This document shows, in pieces, positions 9,101-17,988 of a DNA stretch of 62,355 nucleotides; positions within the stretch are counted from its first letter, which is position 1; each line of letters opens with the position of its first letter. The notes below the pieces were generated by a model. That model ran no database searches. It was not told the DNA's origin and was given only the letters and a program-made list of their open reading frames with translations. The DNA is taken from NCBI GenBank assembly GCA_017479985.1, contig JAFVBL010000010.1, positions 1 to 62,355 of the forward strand, read 5' to 3'. Made by a program: the position numbers and the translations under genes. Source of the DNA: Alphaproteobacteria bacterium (lineage in GTDB: Bacteria > Pseudomonadota > Alphaproteobacteria > RF32 > CAG-239).

Positions 9101-10376
9101 TCTGGCTTTGAGCGGAGAAATCAATCTCAAAGATTGGCGAATCAATACAAAATCAACGGTCAACTATAAGAATTTGACGGATATAGCGCCTTATACTTTT
9201 GCTTTTACGGGTGCATTGAATAATCCGGTATTAGATGTTTCGGTTGAAAATATTGCGCGTAAATATGATGAACATTGGCAGAAAATCGCTGAAAAAGAAC
9301 AAGCTCAAAAAGATGAAGCTGCGCGGATTTTGAATGAAAAAATGGAACAGGCGCAAAGCTTGGTTTCGGCACTTTCCGATAGACATACGGCAGTTGTGGC
9401 GCGTTTGGAGGAATATAACGGCAAAAATCTGGCGGCAGAAACCGATGAACATTATCAAAATCAAAACACGCGATTAGATGAAATCGGACGCACGATTCAG
9501 GAAATGCAAATCAAAGCGCGGAAATCCGATTTTTCGGACAATGATGTTGCGGAAATTCGTGAGCAGACAGCAAAATCGGAAGAAGAACTGAATGATATAA
9601 GCTCAAAACTGGAACTGTATTTTACAGATGATTTGGAACAGGCGTTGAAATCTTTGCGGGAAAAAACGGAACAAACTCAAGCTGAACACAGTGGTGTTTA
9701 TGAAGAGTTCGGGCAAATGCTGAAAGACGATGAACTTGTGTTGAGCAAAATCGGTGCAGAACAATATATAACCGATAATTCGGAAATTCAGCAATATAAA
9801 ACACGTATGGATGAACTGAATATTTCCGTATCCCAGAAAATAAAGGATTTTGAAGAAAAATTTAAGCAAACGTCTGCGATGGAGGCGGATAAAGAAAAAT
9901 TGGCGGCGGTACACGCGTTGATTCCTGTGCCTGATGCGTTGGCGGAAGAATATAAAGAAATGAAGGAAATTCGTGCCAAAACAGCAGAGTTATTGCTCGG
10001 GATTATCAATCAGAGGCAGGAAGTTTATCGTTTGGAACAGCTTGCGGCCGAGAAAAAACGGCAGAAAGAAGCCGCTGAAAATGCTGGTAATTTATTGGCG
10101 GAAGAAACACCGTTCGCAAGTCCGAAAGCAGAAGAAAATATTGAAAAAACAAAGCCTGAAACTGTTGTTAATGAAGAAGAAAATATGCAAGACGGTTATA
10201 TGATGCTGCGTCCGATTGAGGATAATCGTCCGGTTTCCGGTGTGCGCGGCGGAATTATTTTACGCTCATACGGCGGAAATGAGGCTTCGGCAAATGATGA
10301 AACAAGACCGTCAACGGTTTTGAAACCGGCGGACGGTCCGGTATCAAAGGCAACCGGAACCATCATCGTCAGATAA
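6174..10376 (+). CDS. Large AsmA-family protein with C-terminal coiled-coil extension
   Basis: N-terminal TM then IDWNAHKEQLAAQFSSVVG (AsmA start); AsmA-like C-terminal region (GQTAFRPIDVTLNAQNGVV); about 300 aa of Glu/Lys/Gln-rich helical tail. Confidence 0.8.
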   Translation: MKKIILISLGVVVLLIAGLSTYVSLIDWNAHKEQLAAQFSSVVGENIDFAGNLDVSLFPHPKMSAKSVSVLSRKDGKVLAKLDKMDMAVTLSSLLHGAPDVQSLSVDGAEVWIIFDQEGKSNWQRTEAQDYYDNEVRVQILNLRRSVVHLEHQKYGVNIELRDFSTEIQAETLQSGPYQIQGNFVYGNERYGLGLSIDSLAQFDDVGFQVRLIHPATEASFFYNGTYNKQSTAMKGKFSGEFMRMADTVNIFAGKDVLEEQYNKPMQFSAEDIAFTGNRADFSRLAVKFEPYFVGAGDVSVPLDFRKSDKNVFSLKYQVADADVRPVIVWLQEHFMQYHDKEYEPKSTWEGSFDVTAGRMTVSDNVSGVCETVSTKGVWKNNVLSVDDFFAECAGKTQITVSGQMKAEEGQPQIVCALNAESKNLRTFLSAMNVEIKAPSSAAYLNTDFSADMLLSPVEGNLKNVSLNMDEFKLTGQAAAQFDEQRYELQIQADKLNLDTYVFPLEQDAPNDILSVLRHDAEMLAKWKDYKIEAAAEIENAIFRGVSAQNMLFNVSYENDELAIMKFQTENIMDTALQFSGLIKNISQEQPYIDVLTFNLKSQNLNNFAEKYEIALPKWDIFSQKNFTVVGELSGSFNEIKARTDIQADNNKFNYDGTLKNVNKEIQFDGMAEMKTQKLENLLPKLNFNLKNSKVFRGVFNGKSHIYGNVGKFRLDNFGMFLGPVKYVGSVEVTRNKNGYAIKGDTAVSELNIERLLNVQKTKTSEAILKAEDTFWARPNFGRATFDFSAYKNLELDLKLSCTKGVFGNSVIQDFAGRVLNASDELSVKYASFRAGDSNVSGDVTVSYGKSPRMRGNISVDNIPVVKKGGSVYKISSDKVRLSSEFETSAASMEDMIASLSGKIKLKTQAIEVTGIDLGAIETDLKDRKYSKGLFQMMQNNLKSGQTAFRPIDVTLNAQNGVVTLGDILLENDADNLALSGEINLKDWRINTKSTVNYKNLTDIAPYTFAFTGALNNPVLDVSVENIARKYDEHWQKIAEKEQAQKDEAARILNEKMEQAQSLVSALSDRHTAVVARLEEYNGKNLAAETDEHYQNQNTRLDEIGRTIQEMQIKARKSDFSDNDVAEIREQTAKSEEELNDISSKLELYFTDDLEQALKSLREKTEQTQAEHSGVYEEFGQMLKDDELVLSKIGAEQYITDNSEIQQYKTRMDELNISVSQKIKDFEEKFKQTSAMEADKEKLAAVHALIPVPDALAEEYKEMKEIRAKTAELLLGIINQRQEVYRLEQLAAEKKRQKEAAENAGNLLAEETPFASPKAEENIEKTKPETVVNEEENMQDGYMMLRPIEDNRPVSGVRGGIILRSYGGNEASANDETRPSTVLKPADGPVSKATGTIIVR

Positions 10377-10412
10377 GTTTACCAAAATTTTTAATTAAAA
10401 ACGGAGAAAAAA

Positions 10413-11303
10413 ATGAATAGAAAACCAGAAGTTTGTGTTTTGCCTGTTGCAGGTTTGTCAACACGCAATTTGCCGACAACCAAAGTTTTACATAAAGGAT
10501 TTATGACCTTGGATAATAAGCCGGTTATTCAATATGCGGTGGATTGCTGCGCCGAAGCCGGAATAAATGAAATTGTGTTTATTTACAGCGACGATGCCTG
10601 TAAGCATATGTTTGAAAAATATTTTTCGCCGGCACCGGAATTAGAGACGCATTTGGCAAAAAAGAAAAAAGACGATTTGTTGGCACGTGTTAAAGAAATT
10701 ATACCGGCGGGTATGAAATTTTCTTTTGCCTGCCAAAGTGCGCCGAAGGGCAACGGACACGCCGTTTTGATGGCCAAAGAAATTATCGGTAAACGCGATT
10801 TTGCCGTGATGTGGGTTGATGATGTGTATATCAATTTGCGCGGGGACGGTGTATTGAAACAATTGTGTGACGTGTATGCGCAAAACGGCGGAATTGTGGA
10901 GAATATTATGGAATTTCCGCGTGAAGAAATGGTGCGTTACGGCGCTTTGGTCGGTGCAAAACGCGACGGCAATGTGGTACGTGCAAGCGGTATGGTGGAA
11001 AAGCCTAAATTGGAAGAAGTGCCGTCTAATTACGCCTCAATGGGTCCGTATATTATTCCGAACGAAGTGCTTGATATTTTGCCGGAAGTTACCAAAGGTA
11101 CAAACGGTGAGATTAACCTGACCGATGCGCTTAATCTGGCTGCAATGCGCGGTATGCCGATTTATGGCGTGTTGGCCAAGGGATTGCGTTTTGATTGCGG
11201 TACGAATTTTGATTTGCAAAAGGCAAATATTAAACTCAGCCTGATGAACAGCGGTGAACTTCGTTCTTATACGCGCAATTTGCTGGATACAATGGATATT
11301 TAA
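10413..11303 (+). CDS. galU: UTP--glucose-1-phosphate uridylyltransferase (divergent)
   Basis: VLPVAGLSTRNLPTTK, KPVIQYAV, PKGNGHAV, MVEKP, GEINLTDAL and RFDCG motifs. Confidence 0.85.
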   Translation: MNRKPEVCVLPVAGLSTRNLPTTKVLHKGFMTLDNKPVIQYAVDCCAEAGINEIVFIYSDDACKHMFEKYFSPAPELETHLAKKKKDDLLARVKEIIPAGMKFSFACQSAPKGNGHAVLMAKEIIGKRDFAVMWVDDVYINLRGDGVLKQLCDVYAQNGGIVENIMEFPREEMVRYGALVGAKRDGNVVRASGMVEKPKLEEVPSNYASMGPYIIPNEVLDILPEVTKGTNGEINLTDALNLAAMRGMPIYGVLAKGLRFDCGTNFDLQKANIKLSLMNSGELRSYTRNLLDTMDI

Positions 11304-11319
11304 AATATTTGCGTTAACA

Positions 11320-11360
11320 AAAACTTCCCGAAAATTTATATTCTGGAAGTTTTTTTTTTG
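11320..11360 (+). terminator. Bidirectional terminator between galU and the convergent gene
   Basis: AAAAACTTCC...GGAAGTTTTTTTTTT hairpin. Confidence 0.6.
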
Positions 11361-11372
11361 GTTTTTGTATTT

Positions 11373-11996
11373 TTATTCCGCTTGAGGTTCTTGATTTTCC
11401 TGCGGTTCGTCCGTCGGATTGATTTCAACATCTTTAAGTTTAAAGTAGCCGAAATCTTCGTCACACGGAATTGTAAATTCCATACGAGAATTCGGAGCCA
11501 ATTGTAAAGCTTCGGCACTGCCTTCGTATATCGGTTGTCCCGCCGGATTGAAGAATGTTACCGAAATGCGCAATTTTTCGATATCCTGCTGACCGCGATA
11601 TTCCAAAATGCCGCACGCCGCAATATCACACTTCCGCATTTCATAAACTTTTAAACCGTCTTTGTTGTAAGTATTCGGATCTGCTTGTGCAACTTCGGTT
11701 TCTTCAGCTTCAGATGATGTGTCGAACACACACGACATCGGGGATATCAAATACAGCAAAAATACACACAAAATTGCCAGTGCCGTGCGCGGAATACGCT
11801 TGCCTTTAACAACAACATATTGTCCTTTCAGGTATTTGACATAAAGACGTTTGAGCAAAATGAAAACGGCTTTTATAAAAGCCCATACTTCGCGTATAGA
11901 ATCCTTGTATTGTTTTAAACGCAGCATTTTGAAAATGTTTTTGAAATGTTCAAATGCATTTGTCGGTGTTTCGATGTTGTCATTGATTTCACTCAT
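11373..11996 (-). CDS. Membrane-anchored protein with FxLYD-like C-terminal domain
   Basis: One TM helix, then LEYRGQQDIEKLRISVTFFNPAGQPIYEG...LAPNSRMEF, a FxLYD-type pattern. Confidence 0.6.
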   Translation of the reverse strand: MSEINDNIETPTNAFEHFKNIFKMLRLKQYKDSIREVWAFIKAVFILLKRLYVKYLKGQYVVVKGKRIPRTALAILCVFLLYLISPMSCVFDTSSEAEETEVAQADPNTYNKDGLKVYEMRKCDIAACGILEYRGQQDIEKLRISVTFFNPAGQPIYEGSAEALQLAPNSRMEFTIPCDEDFGYFKLKDVEINPTDEPQENQEPQAE

Positions 11997-12117
11997 ATTC
12001 TCAAATCCTTTTCATAAATTTTTTATCAGTATATTCCCGAATGTCTTGAAAAAGTATTAAAGTTTTCAAAAAATTGCAAAATTTGCGCTGCCGGATGAAA
12101 AATTTGAAAATATATAT

Positions 12118-12173
12118 CAATAAAAAGAAGGACTTTCTCTTTATGCGGAAAAAACGCGTCAGAGAAAGTCCTT
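12118..12173 (-). terminator. Terminator downstream of fadL
   Basis: 13-bp inverted repeat AAGGACTTTCTCT/AGAGAAAGTCCTT followed by a T-tract on the minus strand. Confidence 0.6.
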
Positions 12174-12194
12174 TAAGCAAGAGCCGTTTACAAA

Positions 12195-13442
12195 CTAAAA
12201 TTTGTATTGGTATTGAAGAGCAAACATATTACTGTGATTGTGATATTTTGCCTCTAAGTCGTTATATATCGAATTACGAATACGACCGTGCATCATCGTC
12301 AGGAATGCATAACCGAAGTCAACCTGATGATTGCCTTTGGTGTAACTTGCACCGGCAGAAAGCCAAATGCGGTCGGCATCCGGAATACGATTGGTGCGGA
12401 AGTTGTTGTTTGCTGTCGGTGCTTCGTCCCAAGCCGTACCGACACGGAATGTCCAGTTGTCGTTAGCATAATATTCCTGCCCGAGAGAGAATGTCCAAGA
12501 ATCTTTCCAGCGATATTGAACATCATAGTTGCCGCCGTTAAGCGGAGAGCCGACACCTTTTCCCGGAAATGTATAAAAGCGATGCCATTGAATGTATTTG
12601 GCCGTTGCTTCAGTTGCCCACTTATCGTTCCATTTATGATAACCGGAAAGAATCCAGCTTGCCGGCAATTCAGGGTCAGACATCGTTTCAAAACGCATAA
12701 ATTCAGGGAAACCTGCCATTTGTCCGTATGAGTTCATATATACATACTGTTTTCCGTGTGTATGTTGTGTGCTCTTAAAGCGATAAGATAAGCCGATGCG
12801 CGTATTTTCATCAAATTCATACATTGCACCTAATTGCCAACTTTGCGACCAACCTTTAACGCGGTAATCATTATATCCTATATTCATAAGAGGTCCCATT
12901 TTCTCTGTATTGATATTGCTGGTTAACTGACCTTGAATATAACGCAAAATTGCGCTAGCTCCTAAAGATAAGCCCATATCAAATCTGTATGCGGCAGAAA
13001 AGTTGGTGTCAACCACTTCCAATTCGGATTTACGCACACCGCTTTCCGATTGTGCTACGTGGCTGTCGTGCTTATATTTTGTGGAAAGCCCATACGGCAC
13101 ATAAATACCAGCACCGAAGAACCACTTGTCATTTAAGTTATATTGTCCCATTGCACTCGGCAGAGGTACAAAGTAATCCATTTTATCCGTACCGTATCTG
13201 CTTTTAGCCTTTGCGGCAATTTCGGTTGCGGCGATGCCGAGCTGAAAACCGGAACGTTTTTGCGCCGTCATACCCGCCGGATTAAAACCAAGCGCGGAAA
13301 AGTCATCGCCGACCACACCCATACCTGCAAAAGAACGTCCTAAACCTGTCGCAGAAAATTCATTGAGCTGATAACCTGCCGCGTTGGCGTTTTGAGCGCT
13401 TAAAACTATGGCAAGAGCCGTCATTAAATAAAGTTTTTTCAT
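12195..13442 (-). CDS. fadL: FadL/OmpP1-family outer-membrane transporter
   Basis: Signal peptide, AGYQLNEFSATGLGRSFAG, NPAGM, RTNRIPDADRIW and a C-terminal aromatic YKF. Confidence 0.9.
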   Translation of the reverse strand: MKKLYLMTALAIVLSAQNANAAGYQLNEFSATGLGRSFAGMGVVGDDFSALGFNPAGMTAQKRSGFQLGIAATEIAAKAKSRYGTDKMDYFVPLPSAMGQYNLNDKWFFGAGIYVPYGLSTKYKHDSHVAQSESGVRKSELEVVDTNFSAAYRFDMGLSLGASAILRYIQGQLTSNINTEKMGPLMNIGYNDYRVKGWSQSWQLGAMYEFDENTRIGLSYRFKSTQHTHGKQYVYMNSYGQMAGFPEFMRFETMSDPELPASWILSGYHKWNDKWATEATAKYIQWHRFYTFPGKGVGSPLNGGNYDVQYRWKDSWTFSLGQEYYANDNWTFRVGTAWDEAPTANNNFRTNRIPDADRIWLSAGASYTKGNHQVDFGYAFLTMMHGRIRNSIYNDLEAKYHNHSNMFALQYQYKF

Positions 13443-13696
13443 AAAGTCCTCACTTTTTTAGTTCATACTGGTTTCACGTTATCACCCTTGACAAAACGCG
13501 TAAATATTTATTTTTATGACTTGATAGTTTCCTGAAAGATACTAATTAAATTTTAGGGTATTGTCTCCGTCTTTTTTGCGGTTTTCCTGTGGATAACTTT
13601 TGCGTGTTTCATAAAAATGTGGCACTTTTTAAAAAAAGACATTACGATACAGACAGTTTGAAATTTAAGTTTTTAACGTTTATAAGGATTATAACA

Positions 13697-14653
13697 ATGG
13701 CAACAGTGAATGAAACGGATTTTTCCGATATTTATATTATTCCGGACGGGACAGCGTATATTTGGGGAAAGAAAACACCGAGCGGTCTGATTCCGTGTAT
13801 GCCGGAGGACTATCAGGAATTTTATCAGGCGCTTAAAAATACATACGACGGCTTTAATCCGAGTTATTTGGTCAAATATAAGGGGTATAACTATCGTGTT
13901 GAACGTACGGTTACTTTTGATGGTCAGCAGTTCTGCGCCCGTAAAATGCCGCATTCCATACCGGATATTCATAAACTCGGTGTTGATGAAAGATTATTGC
14001 AATATCTTATTTCTTTGAGCGGTGCTTCGGGGCTGTTGTTGGTGGCGGGTACAACCGGTTCGGGCAAAACGACAACACTTTCTTCGCTTTTAAAAGAATG
14101 GTTGGTGCGTGAAGGCGGTTATGCCTTTACTTTGGAAGACCCGATTGAAATGCCGCTTGACGGAACGTATAAAACTATTCAGGGAGAACTCGGTATTTGC
14201 AAGCAAATGACGCCGCCGAACGGTTCGTGGCCTGACGGTTTGAAATCAATGCTTCGCTCCAAACCGCGCTATGTGTATTTGGGTGAGATTCGTGATCCTG
14301 ATGTGGCGTCGGAGGCATTGCGTGCCGCAATTTCCGGACACTTGGTGCTTTCATCAATTCACGCGGCAACGGTCAGTGATGCGATTCAGTCGGTTGTTAA
14401 ATATGCGGCGGCCAGCGGTATTTCGGAAGAAATGTCGTACGATTTGGTCGGTAACGGTATTTTAGGCGTGTTGCACCAAACGTTGGTCGGTGTGCCGAAA
14501 CGTCCGAAAATAGAATTTGTGTTTGCCAATCCCGATGCTTCAGCCGGTGACCAAGTACGCGGTATTATCAAAAGCGGCAAGCTGAATCTGGCAACAACGA
14601 TTGAAAGTCAGCGTGTTCGTTTGCAACGAGGGATTCCGTTGTTTGATGCATAA
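13697..14653 (+). CDS. PilT/DotB-type secretion ATPase
   Basis: Walker A GTTGSGKTTT, EDPIE Asp box, LRSKPRYVYLGEIRD Walker B, SGHLVLSSIH His box; start placed at ATG 13697. Confidence 0.85.
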   Translation: MATVNETDFSDIYIIPDGTAYIWGKKTPSGLIPCMPEDYQEFYQALKNTYDGFNPSYLVKYKGYNYRVERTVTFDGQQFCARKMPHSIPDIHKLGVDERLLQYLISLSGASGLLLVAGTTGSGKTTTLSSLLKEWLVREGGYAFTLEDPIEMPLDGTYKTIQGELGICKQMTPPNGSWPDGLKSMLRSKPRYVYLGEIRDPDVASEALRAAISGHLVLSSIHAATVSDAIQSVVKYAAASGISEEMSYDLVGNGILGVLHQTLVGVPKRPKIEFVFANPDASAGDQVRGIIKSGKLNLATTIESQRVRLQRGIPLFDA

Positions 14654-14667
14654 GTTGCATAATTTTT

Positions 14668-14704
14668 TGAAGCAGCCGTTTTTTCAAATGGCTGCTTATA
14701 TTTT
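14668..14704 (+). terminator. Intrinsic terminator
   Basis: AAGCAGCCG-tttttcaa-ATGGCTGCTT hairpin followed by an AT-rich tract. Confidence 0.55.
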
Positions 14705-14715
14705 TGGCGGAGCAG

Positions 14716-16086
14716 ATGATGCTTAAGTTGATAAATATGCTCTTATTTATGTTGTTTGTATCTGTGGCGCAGGCGGATTTCAGAGGATATCTGCTTGATG
14801 ATGATTGGTGGAAAACGGCGACGCTTGAAGAAGTACGGCAACAAGTCGGAATGAGCCCGAATTTGAATAAAACCGATGATGTCGGGCGTACGCCTTTGAT
14901 GTATGCCGTTATGCACCGGAAATCGCCCGAGGCTGTGAAGATGCTTTTGGAGAAAAGCGCAAAAGTACGAACAGAAGATGATATGGGAATGACGCCGCTG
15001 TTGTATGCGCTTCGCTATAAAGCCGATACCGAAATCATTGATTTATTGCTGCAACACGGCGCCGATGTCAATACGGTTGCTTATGACGGACGTACGCCGT
15101 TGTATGAGGCGATTTTAAATGATTTTCCGGTGGATACGATTGCTGCCTTGGTGAAGAAAGGGGCTGATGTTAAGGATTGTTGTAATTTGGCCTCAATGCA
15201 CGGAAGTAAACACTCTTTGCTTATGACAACAATACACAAGGCGGAGAAAGGTGATGAGAAATTTGTTCGGATTGCGGAAATATTGCTCGAAAACGGTGCC
15301 GATGCAACCGAAATAACATCAATAAATTATACACCGCTGATTTATGCAATTGAATTACAGACATCGCCAAAAATGATTGACCTTCTTGTAAAATACGGTG
15401 CAGACATCAATAAGCGCGTCAACGGCAATCTGCCCTTAATGAGCGCACTGCGCTTGCCAAACCCTGTGTATGTGTCAAAATTGCTGGCGTATGGTGCCGA
15501 TGTTTCCGGAAATGCCGGTGAAAATGAAACCTTGTTTTGTTATGCGCTAAAGTATGGTGCGCGTACCGAAACAATACAGCATTTTATTGATCACGGTGCG
15601 GAGGTTCAACCGGCAGATGCGACCGGCGGCGTGCCGCTTGTTTGTGCGGCATCTGAGCCGAATAATACACAAGTGATTGAATTGTTGCTGACACACGGTG
15701 CCGAGGTCAATATGCGTGATAAAGGCGGGCATAATGCTTTGGAACGTGCCGCAAATGCGGAAATTGCCGAAATATTGATTCAACACGGTGCAAAAATCGA
15801 TGCTCGCGACAATAGCGGCCGTACGGTATTGATGAAAGTGCAGAGTGCCGAAGTGGTTGATATTCTCATAAAATACGGCGCAGATATCAATGCACGCGAT
15901 AGTGAAGGCAGAACGGTATTGATGTGGCTGACGGTTAATAAAGCCGAACGTCAGGCAATTGAAAAATTGCTGATGCTCGGTGCTGATGTCGGTGCACGGG
16001 ATAATGACGGGAACAGCGTTGCCGATTATGCAGAAAGATATTATCCGGAAATTGGTGAAATGCTTGAAAAATACGGTGCATACTAA
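14716..16086 (+). CDS. Exported ankyrin-repeat protein
   Basis: Signal peptide ending VAQA; about 10 repeats of the G-x-TPL...LL..GADVN type. Confidence 0.92.
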   Translation: MMLKLINMLLFMLFVSVAQADFRGYLLDDDWWKTATLEEVRQQVGMSPNLNKTDDVGRTPLMYAVMHRKSPEAVKMLLEKSAKVRTEDDMGMTPLLYALRYKADTEIIDLLLQHGADVNTVAYDGRTPLYEAILNDFPVDTIAALVKKGADVKDCCNLASMHGSKHSLLMTTIHKAEKGDEKFVRIAEILLENGADATEITSINYTPLIYAIELQTSPKMIDLLVKYGADINKRVNGNLPLMSALRLPNPVYVSKLLAYGADVSGNAGENETLFCYALKYGARTETIQHFIDHGAEVQPADATGGVPLVCAASEPNNTQVIELLLTHGAEVNMRDKGGHNALERAANAEIAEILIQHGAKIDARDNSGRTVLMKVQSAEVVDILIKYGADINARDSEGRTVLMWLTVNKAERQAIEKLLMLGADVGARDNDGNSVADYAERYYPEIGEMLEKYGAY

Positions 16087-16137
16087 AAATCCGCCACGTA
16101 TTTTATGCGGCGGATTTGTGCGGTAAAATACCGAATC

Positions 16138-17022
16138 TTAATATACCAGCTGATATTCGATATATTCCGGATTGGCATAAATAATTTGAATTTTGACGCC
16201 GTTGACGGTAATCATTTTTTTCCACATCGGAATCATTCTGGTTTGTTCTTCGCCGGTGCCGTCTTTAATGACCAAGGCAATTTCTTTGTTTTCAATACCG
16301 CCGTAGGTTATGGAAAAATTAAAGACCGGTTTGGTGGTTTTTTCGACACTGTCGGAATATGATTTGATAACGGCGTTTGCCGGTTTGATGTGAATTCTGT
16401 CTCTGCCGACCAGATAATAACCTCTGTTATTGACCTGTCCGAACATAGGTGCAATGTTGCCGTGATTATCAACCGCCAACACATACGAAGAACGCGGCAA
16501 TTCGAGCAACATAAAATATTCGCCGTTGATACGGACTTCTCCAATCGGTTTTAACGGAGTGTTCGGACCGATTTTAACACCGTCGGCGTGCAAATACACC
16601 ATTGTATCGCGGTCTACGGCATAACGCTCACCGCTGCCGCGACGATATACAATATCATAAGTTGCGGAATCATACATAATCTGCCCTTTAAAAGCGGATA
16701 CCGGCGTATAGCGTTGATATTCGTGAACTTCAACCGTGCGGACATTATCTTCGCCGGCGGCAGCCATCAAATCGTCTTCGCTGTAAAAAGTAACCGGATA
16801 TTTTTGATAATTGCGGAATTTGTTGAGCCAATATTTTTCGTTATCCGGTTTCCAGATATCTTTGCTCTTGAAATCATACCAAGTATCGCTGATGGCATTC
16901 TGCATTCTGGTAACGGGACCGATGTCGGGCGGACAGTCTAAACCGATACATTCGCTTTGTGCCGGTGCAGTCTTGAACAACACTGTAAGTGTCAGCATAG
17001 AAATCAATATTTTTTTCATCAT
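16138..17022 (-). CDS. Exported hypothetical protein
   Basis: 294-aa ORF with signal peptide (MMKKILISMLTLTVLFKTAPA); no recognisable domain. Confidence 0.7.
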   Translation of the reverse strand: MMKKILISMLTLTVLFKTAPAQSECIGLDCPPDIGPVTRMQNAISDTWYDFKSKDIWKPDNEKYWLNKFRNYQKYPVTFYSEDDLMAAAGEDNVRTVEVHEYQRYTPVSAFKGQIMYDSATYDIVYRRGSGERYAVDRDTMVYLHADGVKIGPNTPLKPIGEVRINGEYFMLLELPRSSYVLAVDNHGNIAPMFGQVNNRGYYLVGRDRIHIKPANAVIKSYSDSVEKTTKPVFNFSITYGGIENKEIALVIKDGTGEEQTRMIPMWKKMITVNGVKIQIIYANPEYIEYQLVY

Positions 17023-17112
17023 AAGTAAGCTCTTTTTAATGTTTGTGTATATATACTTTTGATAATATAATATGTGTTTGGTAAAAAAAGTTATAACGAA
17101 AGATAAAAAATA

Positions 17113-17988
17113 ATGGAAAATTTCGGAAATTGTCAGATGGTGAAATTTGAACCTTGCGCGGAAACCGAAGAAAGGTTTGCGGATTTTGCCGAGAATTTTT
17201 TTGAGGTGACGGAAATCAACTATACCGACGACGGGCAGGAACAGCTTATCGGTTATTTGCGGCAGGGTATTGATGAAACACAGATGCTTGATGCGGCAAA
17301 TGCACAGGAAACTGTTTTACCGCCGTATCGTATTGAGGTTTTGGAACGCAAAGATTGGCTTAAAGAAACCGTGATAAAATTTGCACCGGTGGAAACAGAT
17401 GATTTTACGGTTTACGGCATTTTTGAAAATAATGTCGATACACGCGGTAAAATCGGTATTAAGGTATATGCGGCGACGGCATTCGGTTCGGAACATCAAA
17501 CAACCGTCAGTTGTTTGAACGGCATATCCGAAATAAATCGGTTGCAGGCTCATACACCGCAAAAGGTTCTTGATGTCGGCACCGGTTCGGGAATTTTGGC
17601 GATTGCGGCGGCAAAATTGTGGCAAAAGGCGCAAATTGTGGCGGTGGATATTGATGACGAATCGGTGAATGTTACCAAACAAAACGCGGCGGATAATGAT
17701 GTAAACGCGCAAATTACAGCGGCATACAGTGACGGTTACGGTTCCGAAATTGTGCAAAAAAATGCACCGTACGACGTGATTTTTGCCAATATTTTGGCGC
17801 GGCCGTTGATTGCAATGGCGCCGGATATGGCCAAAAATTTGCGAGTCGGCGGTTATGCGGTGATTTCCGGCTTTATTGACGAACAGGTCGACTGGGTTAT
17901 AGGTGAACACGAGAAATACGGTCTGCATCAGGTTAAACTGTATGAAAAAGACCAATGGCGCGCCGCTTTGTTGCAAAGGATTAAGTAA
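17113..17988 (+). CDS. prmA: Ribosomal protein L11 methyltransferase
   Basis: AFGSEHQTT, VLDVGTGSGILAIAAAKL, YDVIFANILA and ISGF motifs. Confidence 0.93.
   Translation: MENFGNCQMVKFEPCAETEERFADFAENFFEVTEINYTDDGQEQLIGYLRQGIDETQMLDAANAQETVLPPYRIEVLERKDWLKETVIKFAPVETDDFTVYGIFENNVDTRGKIGIKVYAATAFGSEHQTTVSCLNGISEINRLQAHTPQKVLDVGTGSGILAIAAAKLWQKAQIVAVDIDDESVNVTKQNAADNDVNAQITAAYSDGYGSEIVQKNAPYDVIFANILARPLIAMAPDMAKNLRVGGYAVISGFIDEQVDWVIGEHEKYGLHQVKLYEKDQWRAALLQRIK

Noticed and set aside
15085-15094. ACGGACGT, similar to the inversion-site core
   Set aside because: Inside ankyrin coding sequence (DGRT), only 8 bp match, and no partner repeat.
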